62,365 nt of DNA from a virus (IMGVR_UViG_3300044632_002565:1-62365), one strand, 5' to 3'; counted from the stretch's first letter, positions 1-9,068 are shown. A program made the numbers and translations. The notes: generated by a model from the letters alone, not told the origin.

Positions 1-535
1 CAACGAAATGATTTTCGTTCCTCAAAAAGGTTCTGACATCAAATTTGCATCTTTCACAGCATCAGGAGTAAGATTACCAAATGGTACTCTTGGAAGTTAC
101 ACATTCACAGAAGCTGAACAACAAGCGGCTTTTGAAGCTTACATCGCTCAAGACAAATACCTCTCTACAAGAAGAGGACAATACGCTGAGAGAAACGCTT
201 CTACAATCCCTGTTCTTCACAGATTTGACCTTTCAGTTCAACAAGATTTCGTAGTGAAAGTAAAAGGTATCAACAACAATTTCCAAATTCGTTTAGATAT
301 CCTCAACTTCGGAAACATGTTGAATAATGATTGGGGTGTTTCTCAAAGAGCAACAAACCCAGCAATCCTTAGCTATTCATCAATCAACACAGCAGGCGAA
401 CCTGTCTATAGATTATCTACACAGAGAAACTACGACGGTTCTACTTCACTTATCAAGGACACTTATCAGTGGAACTCTTCTGTGTTTGACGTATGGCAAG
501 CACAACTTGGTTTGAGATATACATTCGGAAACTAA
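1..535 (+). CDS. TonB-dependent receptor (Oar-like, Bacteroidota type), C-terminal part; truncated by window edge
   Basis: Frame open from window start; RFDLSVQQDF, IRLDILNFGNMLNNDWG and terminal beta-strand WQAQLGLRYTF typical of this TBDR family. Confidence 0.8.
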   Translation, partial: NEMIFVPQKGSDIKFASFTASGVRLPNGTLGSYTFTEAEQQAAFEAYIAQDKYLSTRRGQYAERNASTIPVLHRFDLSVQQDFVVKVKGINNNFQIRLDILNFGNMLNNDWGVSQRATNPAILSYSSINTAGEPVYRLSTQRNYDGSTSLIKDTYQWNSSVFDVWQAQLGLRYTFGN

Positions 536-557
536 TTTCATTCCTCAGTTTTTATAG

Positions 558-583
558 AACCCTCACCTTATGGTGGGGGTTTT
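558..583 (+). terminator. Intrinsic terminator
   Basis: AACCCTCACC-TTAT-GGTGGGGGTT stem followed by T run. Confidence 0.7.
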
Positions 584-584
584 A

Positions 585-592
585 TATTTATA
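585..592 (+). promoter_or_regulatory. TATTTATA putative late-promoter motif (one example of more than 20 copies)
   Basis: 12 nt upstream of ATG 605; same motif precedes many genes on both strands. Confidence 0.6.
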
Positions 593-604
593 ATAAAATA
601 TATT

Positions 605-1213
605 ATGAAAAAACTACTATTACTACTTGCGATGTTGGGATTAGGAACAACATCATTCACTCAGAAACTTCATAGAGGGAAAGCACTCACAATTGTTGAG
701 GGAAAATTTGCTTTTTGTGGGGCTTCTTCTGCTAAGGCAACGGGTAAAACTATTACTGTGGAAGGTAAAAAGTTCTTAGAGGGTGTTGCGGTTTGTCCTG
801 TTATGGATGGTCCTTCAGTAGCAAACAAAATCTTGGTTCCGAATCCTTCACTTACACCTGATGGAACAGATAAAACTGTTTGGTCTTATTTTTGGTATTA
901 TGACAGTGTCCCTCAAGCTCCAACTTGGGAAAATTTACCAACGGTAAATAGAACATTCGTAATATCTAAAGGACCTAAAGGTGGAATGAGTAATATGTGG
1001 TGTATGCCTTGTGTTGTATTACCTAATAAGGTTAACGGTGTAACACTTGCAGAATGTTTTGGTCCACTTAATGAATTAGCGTTTCCGATGAGAAGAGCAT
1101 TACGAGCTCATCCAGGTGAAACATCTGTAACTCAGGCACCTGTGGGGTCTTCATATCCTGTAGGAACAATTATTCCTGTAAACGCACTGAGTGAACTAAA
1201 GAAAAAGAAATAA
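605..1213 (+). CDS. Secreted hypothetical protein, Cys-containing
   Basis: N-terminal signal peptide MKKLLLLLAMLGLG; several Cys. Confidence 0.7.
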   Translation: MKKLLLLLAMLGLGTTSFTQKLHRGKALTIVEGKFAFCGASSAKATGKTITVEGKKFLEGVAVCPVMDGPSVANKILVPNPSLTPDGTDKTVWSYFWYYDSVPQAPTWENLPTVNRTFVISKGPKGGMSNMWCMPCVVLPNKVNGVTLAECFGPLNELAFPMRRALRAHPGETSVTQAPVGSSYPVGTIIPVNALSELKKKK

Positions 1214-1231
1214 AACATAAAAAAAGACATT

Positions 1232-1435
1232 ATGAGAAAATTATTTAGAAGTCAGATAGATAAAAAAATTGCAGGAATTTGTGGTGGACTCGGTGAGTAT
1301 ACAAATATAGACTCTACACTTTGGAGATTGATATTTTTAGCTTTAATATTTGCACCAATACCAATTATTTTATTTTATTTATTAGCTTGGTTAGTAATAC
1401 CTAAAGATAACTCACTTATAGGACAAAAAATATGA
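1232..1435 (+). CDS. pspC: PspC domain protein
   Basis: KLFRSQIDKKIAGICGGLGEY...YLLAWLVIP is the PspC signature. Confidence 0.9.
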   Translation: MRKLFRSQIDKKIAGICGGLGEYTNIDSTLWRLIFLALIFAPIPIILFYLLAWLVIPKDNSLIGQKI

Positions 1436-1572
1436 AAGAATTACTAAAAGATATTGAAACACTCGTTATTAAACACAAATGGACAATTCTATGTGTTATA
1501 GTTATTACCTACTTGATAATTGATTGGAAAGATATCAAACAAGGTTTAATAGACGGATGGTCAAATAAATGA
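1432..1572 (+). CDS. Small membrane protein (46 aa; not in ORF track)
   Basis: MKELLKDIETLVIKHKWTILCVIVITYLIIDWKDIKQGLIDGWSNK; ATGA overlap with pspC stop; followed by terminator. Confidence 0.65.
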   Translation: MKELLKDIETLVIKHKWTILCVIVITYLIIDWKDIKQGLIDGWSNK

Positions 1573-1577
1573 ATTTA

Positions 1578-1606
1578 ACCCTCACTTCACGGTGGGGGTT
1601 TTTTTT
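1578..1606 (+). terminator. Intrinsic terminator
   Basis: AACCCTCAC...GTGGGGGTT plus T run; near copy of 558-583. Confidence 0.7.
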
Positions 1607-1621
1607 GTAACAAAAAATTAC

Positions 1622-1629
1622 TATCTTTG
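1622..1629 (+). promoter_or_regulatory. Bacteroidota sigma-A type -7 element TATCTTTG
   Basis: Matches TAnnTTTG, 7 nt upstream of ATG 1637. Confidence 0.6.
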
Positions 1630-1636
1630 TTACACA

Positions 1637-1987
1637 ATGAACAAATTAGGCTCAATTATTTTTATTCTGACAGTTTATCTTTTTTCTCAAGCGTTTACAT
1701 TCTATCAACTTCAAGGACATCTTTGGAGTAAATGGATTAAAAACAATCCATTTATTATGACCTTACTCGGGGTACCTGTCGGATATTTGGTAATTTTAGC
1801 AAGTAGAGAAATGGTAAGCCTATATAACGGTGAAACTTGGCCTAATCGTATTATAGGATTCAGTATTGGTGTTATTGTATTTAGTTTCATGGCATGGCTT
1901 ATTCTAAAAGAACCGATGACAACAAAAACTTTAATTTGTTTGTCTCTAAGTTTTGTTATACTTTTGATTCAATTGTTTTGGAAGTAA
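1637..1987 (+). CDS. Small 4-TM membrane protein (DMT/SMR-like)
   Basis: Four hydrophobic segments, LKEP motif before last helix; start moved to ATG 1637. Confidence 0.6.
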   Translation: MNKLGSIIFILTVYLFSQAFTFYQLQGHLWSKWIKNNPFIMTLLGVPVGYLVILASREMVSLYNGETWPNRIIGFSIGVIVFSFMAWLILKEPMTTKTLICLSLSFVILLIQLFWK

Positions 1988-1993
1988 AAATAT

Positions 1994-2068
1994 GGTCCCG
2001 TAATTCAACGGATAGAATGACAGATTTCTAATCTGTACATAGAGGTTCGATTCCTCTCGGGACTACCA
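1994..2068 (+). tRNA. tRNA-Arg(TCT)
   Basis: Cloverleaf; ACAGA-TT TCT AA-TCTGT; GGTTCGATTCC; encoded CCA. Confidence 0.95.
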
Positions 2069-2114
2069 TATCAAAGGGGAGATTTATATCTCCCTTTTTG
2101 TATATTTATACCAT

Positions 2115-3593
2115 ATGAAGTTTGTTGATATTTTATTGAAGGAGGGAAGAAAAGAAGACCTCAAGAAAAAATATTCCCAAAAATTTGATAACGAGGTTAT
2201 TGATTTTGTTTTGGGTGTTTCAGATTTACAAGATTTTAATCACAAATATACAGATTGGGTTTTGAAAGTTTTGGAGCCTGAAACAGATGTTGATATGAAT
2301 GTTGAAATTGCGGTTGAGCTTGTCAAAGATTTTGACAAATATCAAAAACAATTAGAAAAAAAAGACATCAATCAATATCTTAGTTTTGAGGAATTAGAAA
2401 AAGCTTTAGAGCCCTTTAAAGAAAAAGAGAAGGAAAAGGAATTAGAAAACCAAACAGAAAAAATTTACGAAGACGATAATTTTCTTGTTTTAGTACCAAA
2501 AACAATAGAGGCTTCTTGTAAATATGGTTCAGGAACAAAATGGTGTACTACAGTTAAGGATGCAGACCATTTTCGTAGGTACACGAGCGGGAAACAAGGT
2601 TTATATTACATCATCAGAAAAAAAGGAAAAGAATATGAACCAAATTACAAAGTTGCGGTTCATATCAACGAAGCGGGATATGAAAATTGGTGGGACTCCC
2701 GAGACCACCAATTGGGGGGCGATACTGTAACTCTTTTCAAAGAATATTTTCCTGAATTATATTCAAAAATAAAAGAACATAGTGAAGAAAAAACCAAATC
2801 AAACTTTGAAGAATTGAACAAAGTTTTTGAAAAAAAAGGGCATAACTTCAGTGTTTACGGAAACTTTCATGGTGTACATAAAGATATTTTACTCGACATT
2901 TACGGTTATGATTTGATATCCGATATGCCGGGTAAAGCTGTAGGTAAACTAAAAATTTATTTAAATGTCGAAGTCATCGATGAATACGATGTATTCGTAA
3001 GTTACTCTCTAAAAAAAGGTAATCAATGGGGAGCCTCTGTTGGATTCAGCGAAGAGTCTGATGAAGAACCAAAATTTGATTTCAAACTTTGGGAATCTTG
3101 GGGTTATGATGTAATGATGAATTTTAACTACCCTCCTGAAGAATTACGATTGAATTTTGATAAAATTTTGTTAGGAAAAGTTTTCAAAAAAATTTTCGAA
3201 AACGAGGAGTTTGAAAAATTTTTAAAAAATATTACTGGTCCAACATGGAGAGCCAGCAGAATAAATCATGGGTATACTTTTGGTAAAAACAAAGGGCTGA
3301 TAAAAAAGTTGATTGATTATTTAGATTCAGGTTACGATAATGGAACCAAATTAGATTTCCTTGAATATATTGGAAAACTAAAAACTCGAGTTGTAAATGG
3401 GAAAAAAGAATACGCTCACTCTTATTCAGATGTTTATCATCCATCAAAACAATTCAGGGGACATTTCGCATCATTTTTTGCATCGGCAAAACACGCTGGT
3501 ATAATTGATTACGTAAAAGAAGGTTCAAAGTTTATAATTAAGAAAGGGCGTAATTTTGAACCGTTCAAAAAAGGTGAACTCAGAGCTCTTTAG
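2115..3593 (+). CDS. Phage protein with KDINQY...YG.GTKWC domain and possible C-terminal winged helix
   Basis: KKDINQYLSFEEL, PKTIEASCKYGSGTKWCTT; paralogous to 33940 and 60140 ORFs; TATTTATA at 2103. Confidence 0.75.
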   Translation: MKFVDILLKEGRKEDLKKKYSQKFDNEVIDFVLGVSDLQDFNHKYTDWVLKVLEPETDVDMNVEIAVELVKDFDKYQKQLEKKDINQYLSFEELEKALEPFKEKEKEKELENQTEKIYEDDNFLVLVPKTIEASCKYGSGTKWCTTVKDADHFRRYTSGKQGLYYIIRKKGKEYEPNYKVAVHINEAGYENWWDSRDHQLGGDTVTLFKEYFPELYSKIKEHSEEKTKSNFEELNKVFEKKGHNFSVYGNFHGVHKDILLDIYGYDLISDMPGKAVGKLKIYLNVEVIDEYDVFVSYSLKKGNQWGASVGFSEESDEEPKFDFKLWESWGYDVMMNFNYPPEELRLNFDKILLGKVFKKIFENEEFEKFLKNITGPTWRASRINHGYTFGKNKGLIKKLIDYLDSGYDNGTKLDFLEYIGKLKTRVVNGKKEYAHSYSDVYHPSKQFRGHFASFFASAKHAGIIDYVKEGSKFIIKKGRNFEPFKKGELRAL

Positions 3594-3804
3594 ATAATTT
3601 TCGAAAGTAGATATATAAACCAAAAAATAAGCCCGCAATACAATACAAAACGAAATTCGCTCTCCATAAACTTCCTGTCAGTAATATCAGGGAATATTGC
3701 ACGGCATCGAATCCAAATGGATTGAAGAAAAGTGCTAACATTAGAAACACTTGAGATAGATTGTCTTGGAGTGTGTTTTTCCAAGTGGATATTTTTCTCA
3801 CCAT
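3580..3804 (-). CDS. Small 2-TM membrane protein
   Basis: Hydrophobic FLMLALFFNPFGFD...FVLYCIAGLFFGLYIYF. Confidence 0.55.
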   Translation of the reverse strand: MVRKISTWKNTLQDNLSQVFLMLALFFNPFGFDAVQYSLILLTGSLWRANFVLYCIAGLFFGLYIYFRKLSKEL

Positions 3805-3878
3805 CTCCCATGAATTATTATTTAAAGTTTATGTCCTAAGACTTTGTTTTCTAAAATAAATACTTTAATTTTGGCACA

Positions 3879-4100
3879 ATGATTGATTTAAAAAAATTAC
3901 TGAAAGAAAAAGGATTAAAGACCAAATTTGAAGGATGTGCTCCCGAAGGTTTTGTTTTGGTTCATGAAAAAACATTAGAAGATTTAAAAGATTTTGATAA
4001 TTGGAAAAATTGGAAAAATAATGAAATATCGATTGATGAACTTAATAAAATTAATTTCGAATCTGTTCAGTTCGAAGAAAAAAGGGAAAAAAACAAATGA
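3879..4100 (+). CDS. Hypothetical protein
   Basis: ORF preceded by TAATTTTG -7 element. Confidence 0.6.
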   Translation: MIDLKKLLKEKGLKTKFEGCAPEGFVLVHEKTLEDLKDFDNWKNWKNNEISIDELNKINFESVQFEEKREKNK

Positions 4101-4182
4101 TGAAAATATTTTCAATGGGAGTTCCGATTGGGAGCAATATAATGATAATATCACATTTTGATTATTCACTACAAACTTACTT

Positions 4183-4578
4183 ATGAATAAAATTATAAAA
4201 AACCCTACTTTTTTTGTTGATATAGATGGTACCATAGTAAAGTACCGAAAATTCAGTAAATTATTCGAATCTACCCTTGAACCTATTCAAGATGTAATCG
4301 ACTATCTCAATAGTCAGTTTGATTCAGGTGCAGTAATAATCATCACTACCGCACGGCCCTCAACCTATGAATTATTCACAAAACAGGAATTAGAGAAAAT
4401 TGGTTTGAAATATCATCAATTGGTTATGAATTGTGGAAGAGGTACTCGTGTTATATTTAATGATAAAGACCCTGAAGCTCCTCAAATCGAAAGAGCTATA
4501 GGTATAAATTTTATCAGAGACGGTGGCTTCAATAGTATTGGTGGACCACCAAAAATAGAAAATTATGAGTCAGACTAA
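4183..4578 (+). CDS. Minimal HAD-superfamily phosphatase
   Basis: Motif I FVDIDGT, motif II ITTAR, NDK. Confidence 0.8.
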   Translation: MNKIIKNPTFFVDIDGTIVKYRKFSKLFESTLEPIQDVIDYLNSQFDSGAVIIITTARPSTYELFTKQELEKIGLKYHQLVMNCGRGTRVIFNDKDPEAPQIERAIGINFIRDGGFNSIGGPPKIENYESD

Positions 4579-4867
4579 AGTATCATTCAAACGACATTTA
4601 GCTAAAACAATAACTTACAGAGTTTTAAGCACAACAATTGGTTTCCTCGGTATGTGGTGGGCTTCTGGAGATATCAAAATAGGTGCTGCTTTCGGAGTGG
4701 TTGAACTTGTTTATAAACCAATTCAGTATTATATTCATGAGAGAATTTGGTATAAATGGGTAAAATTTGGATTGAATACTCCTCCAAAAAAAGAAAAAAA
4801 ATCCCCCACACAACAAACCACTGAGAACAAAGGCAAAAAAGTTCTAAGTTATAAAAAACCTGTTTGA
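4565..4867 (+). CDS. DUF2061-like membrane protein
   Basis: RHLAKTITYRV...YYIHERIW. Confidence 0.75.
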   Translation: MSQTKVSFKRHLAKTITYRVLSTTIGFLGMWWASGDIKIGAAFGVVELVYKPIQYYIHERIWYKWVKFGLNTPPKKEKKSPTQQTTENKGKKVLSYKKPV

Positions 4868-4901
4868 CGGGTTTTTTTTATTTTACAAATATTTATGAAT
4901 T

Positions 4902-5543
4902 GTGAATATATTGGAACATAGAATATCAGAAACTTTTGATAAAATTTTATCAAACAAAAGTCTCATAAATGAGATTTTGATTGATGTAGAATCTAATGAA
5001 TCAAAATATCCAAATTTAATTTTTCATAGAAGAACAAAAAAAGACAAGTTACCACAAGCTTTATTGAATGATTTACAAAAAGCTGCCGAGGCAAACAATT
5101 TTAAAATTACAATAGATTGGGCAAAAACAGGACACCGTAGACTAACTGCTAATGGTTCAGTTAGTAGACATTGGAGACAGTTAGCGGTAGACATCGATTA
5201 CATAATTTTACCTGACGGTAAAAAAGTAGTTGTTGCACCCAAAAATAAAGAAACTGTTGAAAAATTTACTAATACTTTACAGAGTATGGGTTATAGTAAA
5301 AATAAAGAGGGTAAAACTAATCCAAAAGCTTTTTTAACTTTCGGTTTCGCAGGTCACGATGACCATGTACACGTTTCAAATAGTACAGGCGAATCTTATG
5401 AAGGTGATGTGAGTCCTGGTTCTTCAGACAGTCCAGAATTTTCAACAGCAAGTGCTAAAACTGATATCTCTACATCCGATGCTGGTTGGACAGGAAATCT
5501 TTTCTACGATTATATAAAAGGGATTGCAAATCCCGTCAAATAG
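4902..5543 (+). CDS. Putative Zn peptidoglycan peptidase (M15/LAS-type), possibly virion-associated
   Basis: H-x6-D (SRHWRQLAVDI) and HxH (HDDHVHV); TATTTAT at 4890. Confidence 0.65.
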   Translation: MNILEHRISETFDKILSNKSLINEILIDVESNESKYPNLIFHRRTKKDKLPQALLNDLQKAAEANNFKITIDWAKTGHRRLTANGSVSRHWRQLAVDIDYIILPDGKKVVVAPKNKETVEKFTNTLQSMGYSKNKEGKTNPKAFLTFGFAGHDDHVHVSNSTGESYEGDVSPGSSDSPEFSTASAKTDISTSDAGWTGNLFYDYIKGIANPVK

Positions 5544-5546
5544 AAA

Positions 5547-5575
5547 TAAAAAAACCCACGATTGTGGGTTTTTTT
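5547..5575. terminator. Bidirectional terminator
   Basis: A run-ACCCAC-GATT-GTGGGT-T run between convergent genes. Confidence 0.7.
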
Positions 5576-5591
5576 ATTGGAAGAAATTTTA

Positions 5592-5777
5592 TTATTTAAC
5601 TTCTTCTACTTTTGGAGCTTCATCAACTTTTGTTGAATCTACAGGAACAACTGTAGAATCCACTTTAATTGAATCTACTACAACAGTTGAAGAATCAGTT
5701 GTTACTTCAGTTGATGCCCCATTTCCACCACATGCAGATAGCACTACAAGTGATACAATTGCAAAAATTTTTTTCAT
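5592..5777 (-). CDS. Small acidic lipoprotein
   Basis: Lipobox LSAC; DST-rich low-complexity tail typical of Bacteroidota lipoproteins. Confidence 0.75.
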   Translation of the reverse strand: MKKIFAIVSLVVLSACGGNGASTEVTTDSSTVVVDSIKVDSTVVPVDSTKVDEAPKVEEVK

Positions 5778-5929
5778 TTTTGTTTTTTTTTCGGTTAATG
5801 TTTTATAAAACTAACAAACATAAATATACCAAATTAGAACCAAAGTGTCAAGAAACCAAAAGTATTCAATTCAAACTTAAAAGGTGTGATTGAAATTTGT
5901 TGTGTTACCGTTACACCATATGACAAAAG

Positions 5930-5995
5930 AGACAGACCTTAAAGGACGTATTATTCCTCTCATTATCCTTCGAGATGAGGAGCGTGTGTCTGTCT
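5930..5995 (-). ncRNA. Structured RNA or long hairpin immediately downstream of tRNA-CAT
   Basis: AGACAGAC/GTCTGTCT outer stem, CTCAT/ATGAG inner stem. Confidence 0.35.
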
Positions 5996-5997
5996 TG

Positions 5998-6071
5998 TGG
6001 ACCCCCACGGGCTTGAACCGTGGACCTACTGATTATGAGTCAGTTGCTCTAACCAACTGAGCTAGGGGTCC
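5998..6071 (-). tRNA. tRNA-Ile2(CAT) (lysidine type; elongator Met not excluded)
   Basis: GGACCCC acceptor; ACTGA-CT CAT AA-TCAGT; no initiator features. Confidence 0.85.
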
Positions 6072-6281
6072 AATTAGGAAAGGAGAAGATGGTCGAGTGG
6101 ACAACTCCTTTTATGATTGGCATTACTATGATGATTCCAACTCCGAATATACTACCTCCATCATCAGGTTATCGTATATTCCTTCCCCAATCAACCTAAA
6201 AAATTCTTCAGCATTCTGGTTCCAGCATCGAGAAATTCCATCTTGCTTAGCCCATCTCACCGCTGTATGGGTACTGAAGTT
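6072..6281 (-). ncRNA. Candidate structured ncRNA inside tRNA operon
   Basis: No credible ORF; five stems and a possible pseudoknot (see findings). Confidence 0.5.
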
Positions 6282-6635
6282 TTAAACACAGGTTACTTTT
6301 TGTTGTTCCATAAAAGATAATTTATCGAAATAACCTCTCTGATATACTATCTTATCATTTTCAATCCAAAAGAAACCACACCCTCTTAACCCTTTTGGGT
6401 CTTTCCATTCTAATATCCCAACATTTCCATCTTCAAAAATATTCTCAACTATACATACCATTTCATGTTTCTCAAAATCTTCCTTAAAAAATTTTTTTAT
6501 ACTTTCCTTACCTTCAATGATACCTAATGCTGTTTGATGATTTATTGCAGAGTAAGAATATAATTCACTTAATCCTTCAAAATCATATTGGTTAAACCTT
6601 TCAACCCAAATTTGTAATACTTCTTTTGGTTTCAT
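6282..6635 (-). CDS. SnoaL/NTF2-like protein
   Basis: WVERFN..D...LSELY, GKESIKKFF, ILEWKDPKGLRGCGFF; start moved because the track start lies inside tRNA-Trp. Confidence 0.8.
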   Translation of the reverse strand: MKPKEVLQIWVERFNQYDFEGLSELYSYSAINHQTALGIIEGKESIKKFFKEDFEKHEMVCIVENIFEDGNVGILEWKDPKGLRGCGFFWIENDKIVYQRGYFDKLSFMEQQKVTCV

Positions 6636-6650
6636 AATTGTTTCATTTAG

Positions 6651-6723
6651 CACGCCTGAGAGGGCTCGAACCTCTGACAACTAGTTTTGGAGACTAGTAC
6701 TCTACCAACTGAGCTACAGACGT
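6651..6723 (-). tRNA. tRNA-Trp(CCA)
   Basis: CTAGT-CT CCA AA-ACTAG; GGTTCGAGCC. Confidence 0.95.
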
Positions 6724-6729
6724 GGGTAA

Positions 6730-7284
6730 TCATTTTACCAAAAACTTTCCAAATTTACTATTTTTTAATAAATCATCAAAATCTTTATATCCATTTTCTT
6801 GTGCATAGATATCGTTTTTCTTTTTACGATATTCTTTTATTTTTTCAGGGTTTCTCATTTGTTCAACGTTCTCAAAACCGAGGTCTTTAGCACATTCATA
6901 CTCACACCATTTGTGAGAACCAATTTCAATGTTTATTGGAAGGTCTGTCTCCAAAGATTCAATAAAATCTTCAAACTGATTTGCTGCGATGTGTGGCATA
7001 CAATAAGCACCTTCACTAACCGCATATCCTGTATCCTCCTGTCGGTCAAATATTTCCACTCTACCCATCCTGTATCGTTCACCTAAAAGAGAAAAAACAC
7101 CATATCCAACAGTATGATAACTGAAACGGCCAGGATGACTCACTCCTTGCATATCAACAAAATCAGGATTCACTTCCATATAGTTTGCTAATTTGTCTAT
7201 GAGAATCTCGTCTGAAAGTTCTTCAGGATGGTCAACCCTAATATTTTTCAAAAACCAAGCCAATCTATTTCTATCTATTTTCAT
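6730..7284 (-). CDS. Hypothetical protein
   Basis: 184-aa ORF translationally coupled to upstream HAD gene. Confidence 0.7.
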   Translation of the reverse strand: MKIDRNRLAWFLKNIRVDHPEELSDEILIDKLANYMEVNPDFVDMQGVSHPGRFSYHTVGYGVFSLLGERYRMGRVEIFDRQEDTGYAVSEGAYCMPHIAANQFEDFIESLETDLPINIEIGSHKWCEYECAKDLGFENVEQMRNPEKIKEYRKKKNDIYAQENGYKDFDDLLKNSKFGKFLVK

Positions 7285-7799
7285 CTTTCAAGTTTTTTAA
7301 TACATTCATCAATTTTATCTCTGAGTCTTCCACCTTGACCAAAATCTCCATCAACCTGAACATGTCTCCACTGTGGTATTCTCATCCATTTAAATTCTCC
7401 CTTCAAATTCAAATCGTCTATTGCTATCCAATTTGAAATTTTATTGTCTTTAGCCCATTTAACAATTTGTGCAGCTCTCTCCCAATCAATACTAGGTCTA
7501 CTCATTTTAAGCCAAAGGTCTTGATGTGTTGTGATGTCAACAATTGGAGCTGTCACACCGTAATATTCGAAAACTCTTTTTAATTGAACTATACTAAAAA
7601 ATTTTTTCCAATCTGAGCTTATAACCAAGGAAGCATTTGTCTCATTACAAATTTTTTGTAATGCTTGACAATCTTCCTCAACCCAAGGATAAGGAATCGT
7701 GAAGGTCTTCGTATTTTCGTTGAGCGTAACTCTCCCATCTCCCCAAGTTCCCCAAGCCAAAGGACCATCCACATCTATGAAAATTATTTTCCGTCTCAT
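7281..7799 (-). CDS. HAD phosphatase, Swiss-Army-Knife RNA-repair-like
   Basis: IIFIDVDGPL, LVISSDWK, WIAIDD. Confidence 0.8.
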   Translation of the reverse strand: MRRKIIFIDVDGPLAWGTWGDGRVTLNENTKTFTIPYPWVEEDCQALQKICNETNASLVISSDWKKFFSIVQLKRVFEYYGVTAPIVDITTHQDLWLKMSRPSIDWERAAQIVKWAKDNKISNWIAIDDLNLKGEFKWMRIPQWRHVQVDGDFGQGGRLRDKIDECIKKLER

Positions 7800-7800
7800 G

Positions 7801-7874
7801 TGGAAGTAAGTGGATTCGAACCACTGGCATCTATCGTATCAGAATAGCGCTCTGACCAGCTGAGCTATACTTCC
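7801..7874 (-). tRNA. tRNA-Ile(GAT)
   Basis: CTATT-CT GAT AC-GATAG; GGTTCGAATCC. Confidence 0.93.
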
Positions 7875-7880
7875 GTTGTG

Positions 7881-7952
7881 TGTGATTGGAGAGAATCGAA
7901 CTCTCACATGAAGTGCCACAAACTTCCGCCCTACCATTAGGCTACAACCACC
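7881..7952 (-). tRNA. tRNA-His(GTG)
   Basis: GAAGT-TT GTG GC-ACTTC; G-1 present; discriminator A. Confidence 0.9.
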
Positions 7953-7958
7953 ATGTTG

Positions 7959-8030
7959 AGGTCGGTACAGGAATCGAACCTGTGTAGAAAGTTTTGCAGA
8001 CTTTCACCTAAACCACTCGGCCAACCGACC
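7959..8030 (-). tRNA. tRNA-Cys(GCA)
   Basis: AAAGT-CT GCA AA-ACTTT; U73. Confidence 0.95.
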
Positions 8031-8036
8031 TTCTAT

Positions 8037-8846
8037 TTATTTTTTTCCGTAACCGTCAAGTTTTGCATCAGACCTATTTTTGATAATTTTTTTGTTGAAA
8101 GTATAAACAGGATTTTGACAATACCTGATATCAGTACAATAACATTTATCCATACCCAACATCATATTCACATTCTCCAAAGTAACCAAAGGAGAAAGTT
8201 CGGATAACATTGCATAAAGGGCGGCGTGTTCCATCCAAATATAATTTGTGAACATTCTGAAAAATTTTTTCGGTACAATATTAAAAACATTCCCATTGAC
8301 ACGATTATGTTTTAACCAAGGCCAAAATTCAGTTTTACCATCACTTAGGTATGCTTCTTTGAATTCGGTAAACATTTGCCAATCTGTTTCGGGCCACAAC
8401 CAATTCATTTTATCATAATCTACCGTCAGTTCATTCAGCCCTTTCAAAAACCAAGTATCTGTTCTGATTATAACATAAATGTCATATTCAGGAATTTTGT
8501 TTTTCAATTTTTTAAATCTTCCACCACTGCGAAAATTACCTGGAGGAACATTATAACGCCAAAAGTAAAAATTTTTCATAACCTCTTCGTCATGTAAACT
8601 TACTTCTTCGTAATCCAAAAATATTGCATTATAAAATCTGAAATACTCCGCATATTTTTCATGTTTATTTGTGAGAAGAGCAAATTCTACTTCATAACCT
8701 TCTTCTCGAATGGGATTGAAAATTTTTTCTTGATGATTTTCAAAATTTTCTTTCATATCTACTGAATAGGTATATGCCCCATCATGTGACATTTCCAAAT
8801 CGGAATATCCATTTCCAACGTAAATAACTAAACATGTTTTACTCAT
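8037..8846 (-). CDS. Hypothetical protein, possibly glycosyltransferase-like
   Basis: YDIYVIIRTD motif; start moved to MSKTCLV because track start lies in tRNA-Glu. Confidence 0.6.
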   Translation of the reverse strand: MSKTCLVIYVGNGYSDLEMSHDGAYTYSVDMKENFENHQEKIFNPIREEGYEVEFALLTNKHEKYAEYFRFYNAIFLDYEEVSLHDEEVMKNFYFWRYNVPPGNFRSGGRFKKLKNKIPEYDIYVIIRTDTWFLKGLNELTVDYDKMNWLWPETDWQMFTEFKEAYLSDGKTEFWPWLKHNRVNGNVFNIVPKKFFRMFTNYIWMEHAALYAMLSELSPLVTLENVNMMLGMDKCYCTDIRYCQNPVYTFNKKIIKNRSDAKLDGYGKK

Positions 8847-8863
8847 AGGTTTTGTTTTTTTTG

Positions 8864-8935
8864 TACTCGGTACGGGATTCGAACCCGTGCAACCACCGTG
8901 AAAGGGTGGTGACCTAACCACTAGTCGAACCGAGC
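8864..8935 (-). tRNA. tRNA-Glu(TTC)
   Basis: CCACC-CT TTC AC-GGTGG; GGTTCGAATCCC. Confidence 0.95.
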
Positions 8936-8944
8936 GTTCTTGAA

Positions 8945-8976
8945 CAAAATTACAACTAATATTTTAAACAACCAAA
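8945..8976 (-). promoter_or_regulatory. Bacteroidota sigma-A promoter for tRNA operon
   Basis: Minus strand TTTG-N20-TAATTTTG just upstream of tRNA-Glu. Confidence 0.7.
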
Positions 8977-8990
8977 AAACTTCTGAAAAC

Positions 8991-9068
8991 AAAAAACCCC
9001 GAACCACTTGCGTAGTCCGAGGTTGTATATATAACTCTTCAGGAGTTTAAATGTTTACCGAACCACGC
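8991..9068 (-). promoter_or_regulatory. Putative attenuator (terminator/antiterminator pair)
   Basis: Terminator AACCTCGGACTAC-GCAA-GTGGTTCGGGGTT-TTTT; its 5-prime arm can instead pair with TGCGTGGTTCGG at end of leader ORF. Confidence 0.7.

Noticed and set aside
3590-3811. Alternative-frame ORF overlapping 3580-3804
   Set aside because: Only one is likely real; 3580-3804 has the more coherent 2-TM pattern, though not proven
6155-6170. Hammerhead ribozyme (CTGATGA on minus strand)
   Set aside because: No correctly placed GAAA and three-stem junction
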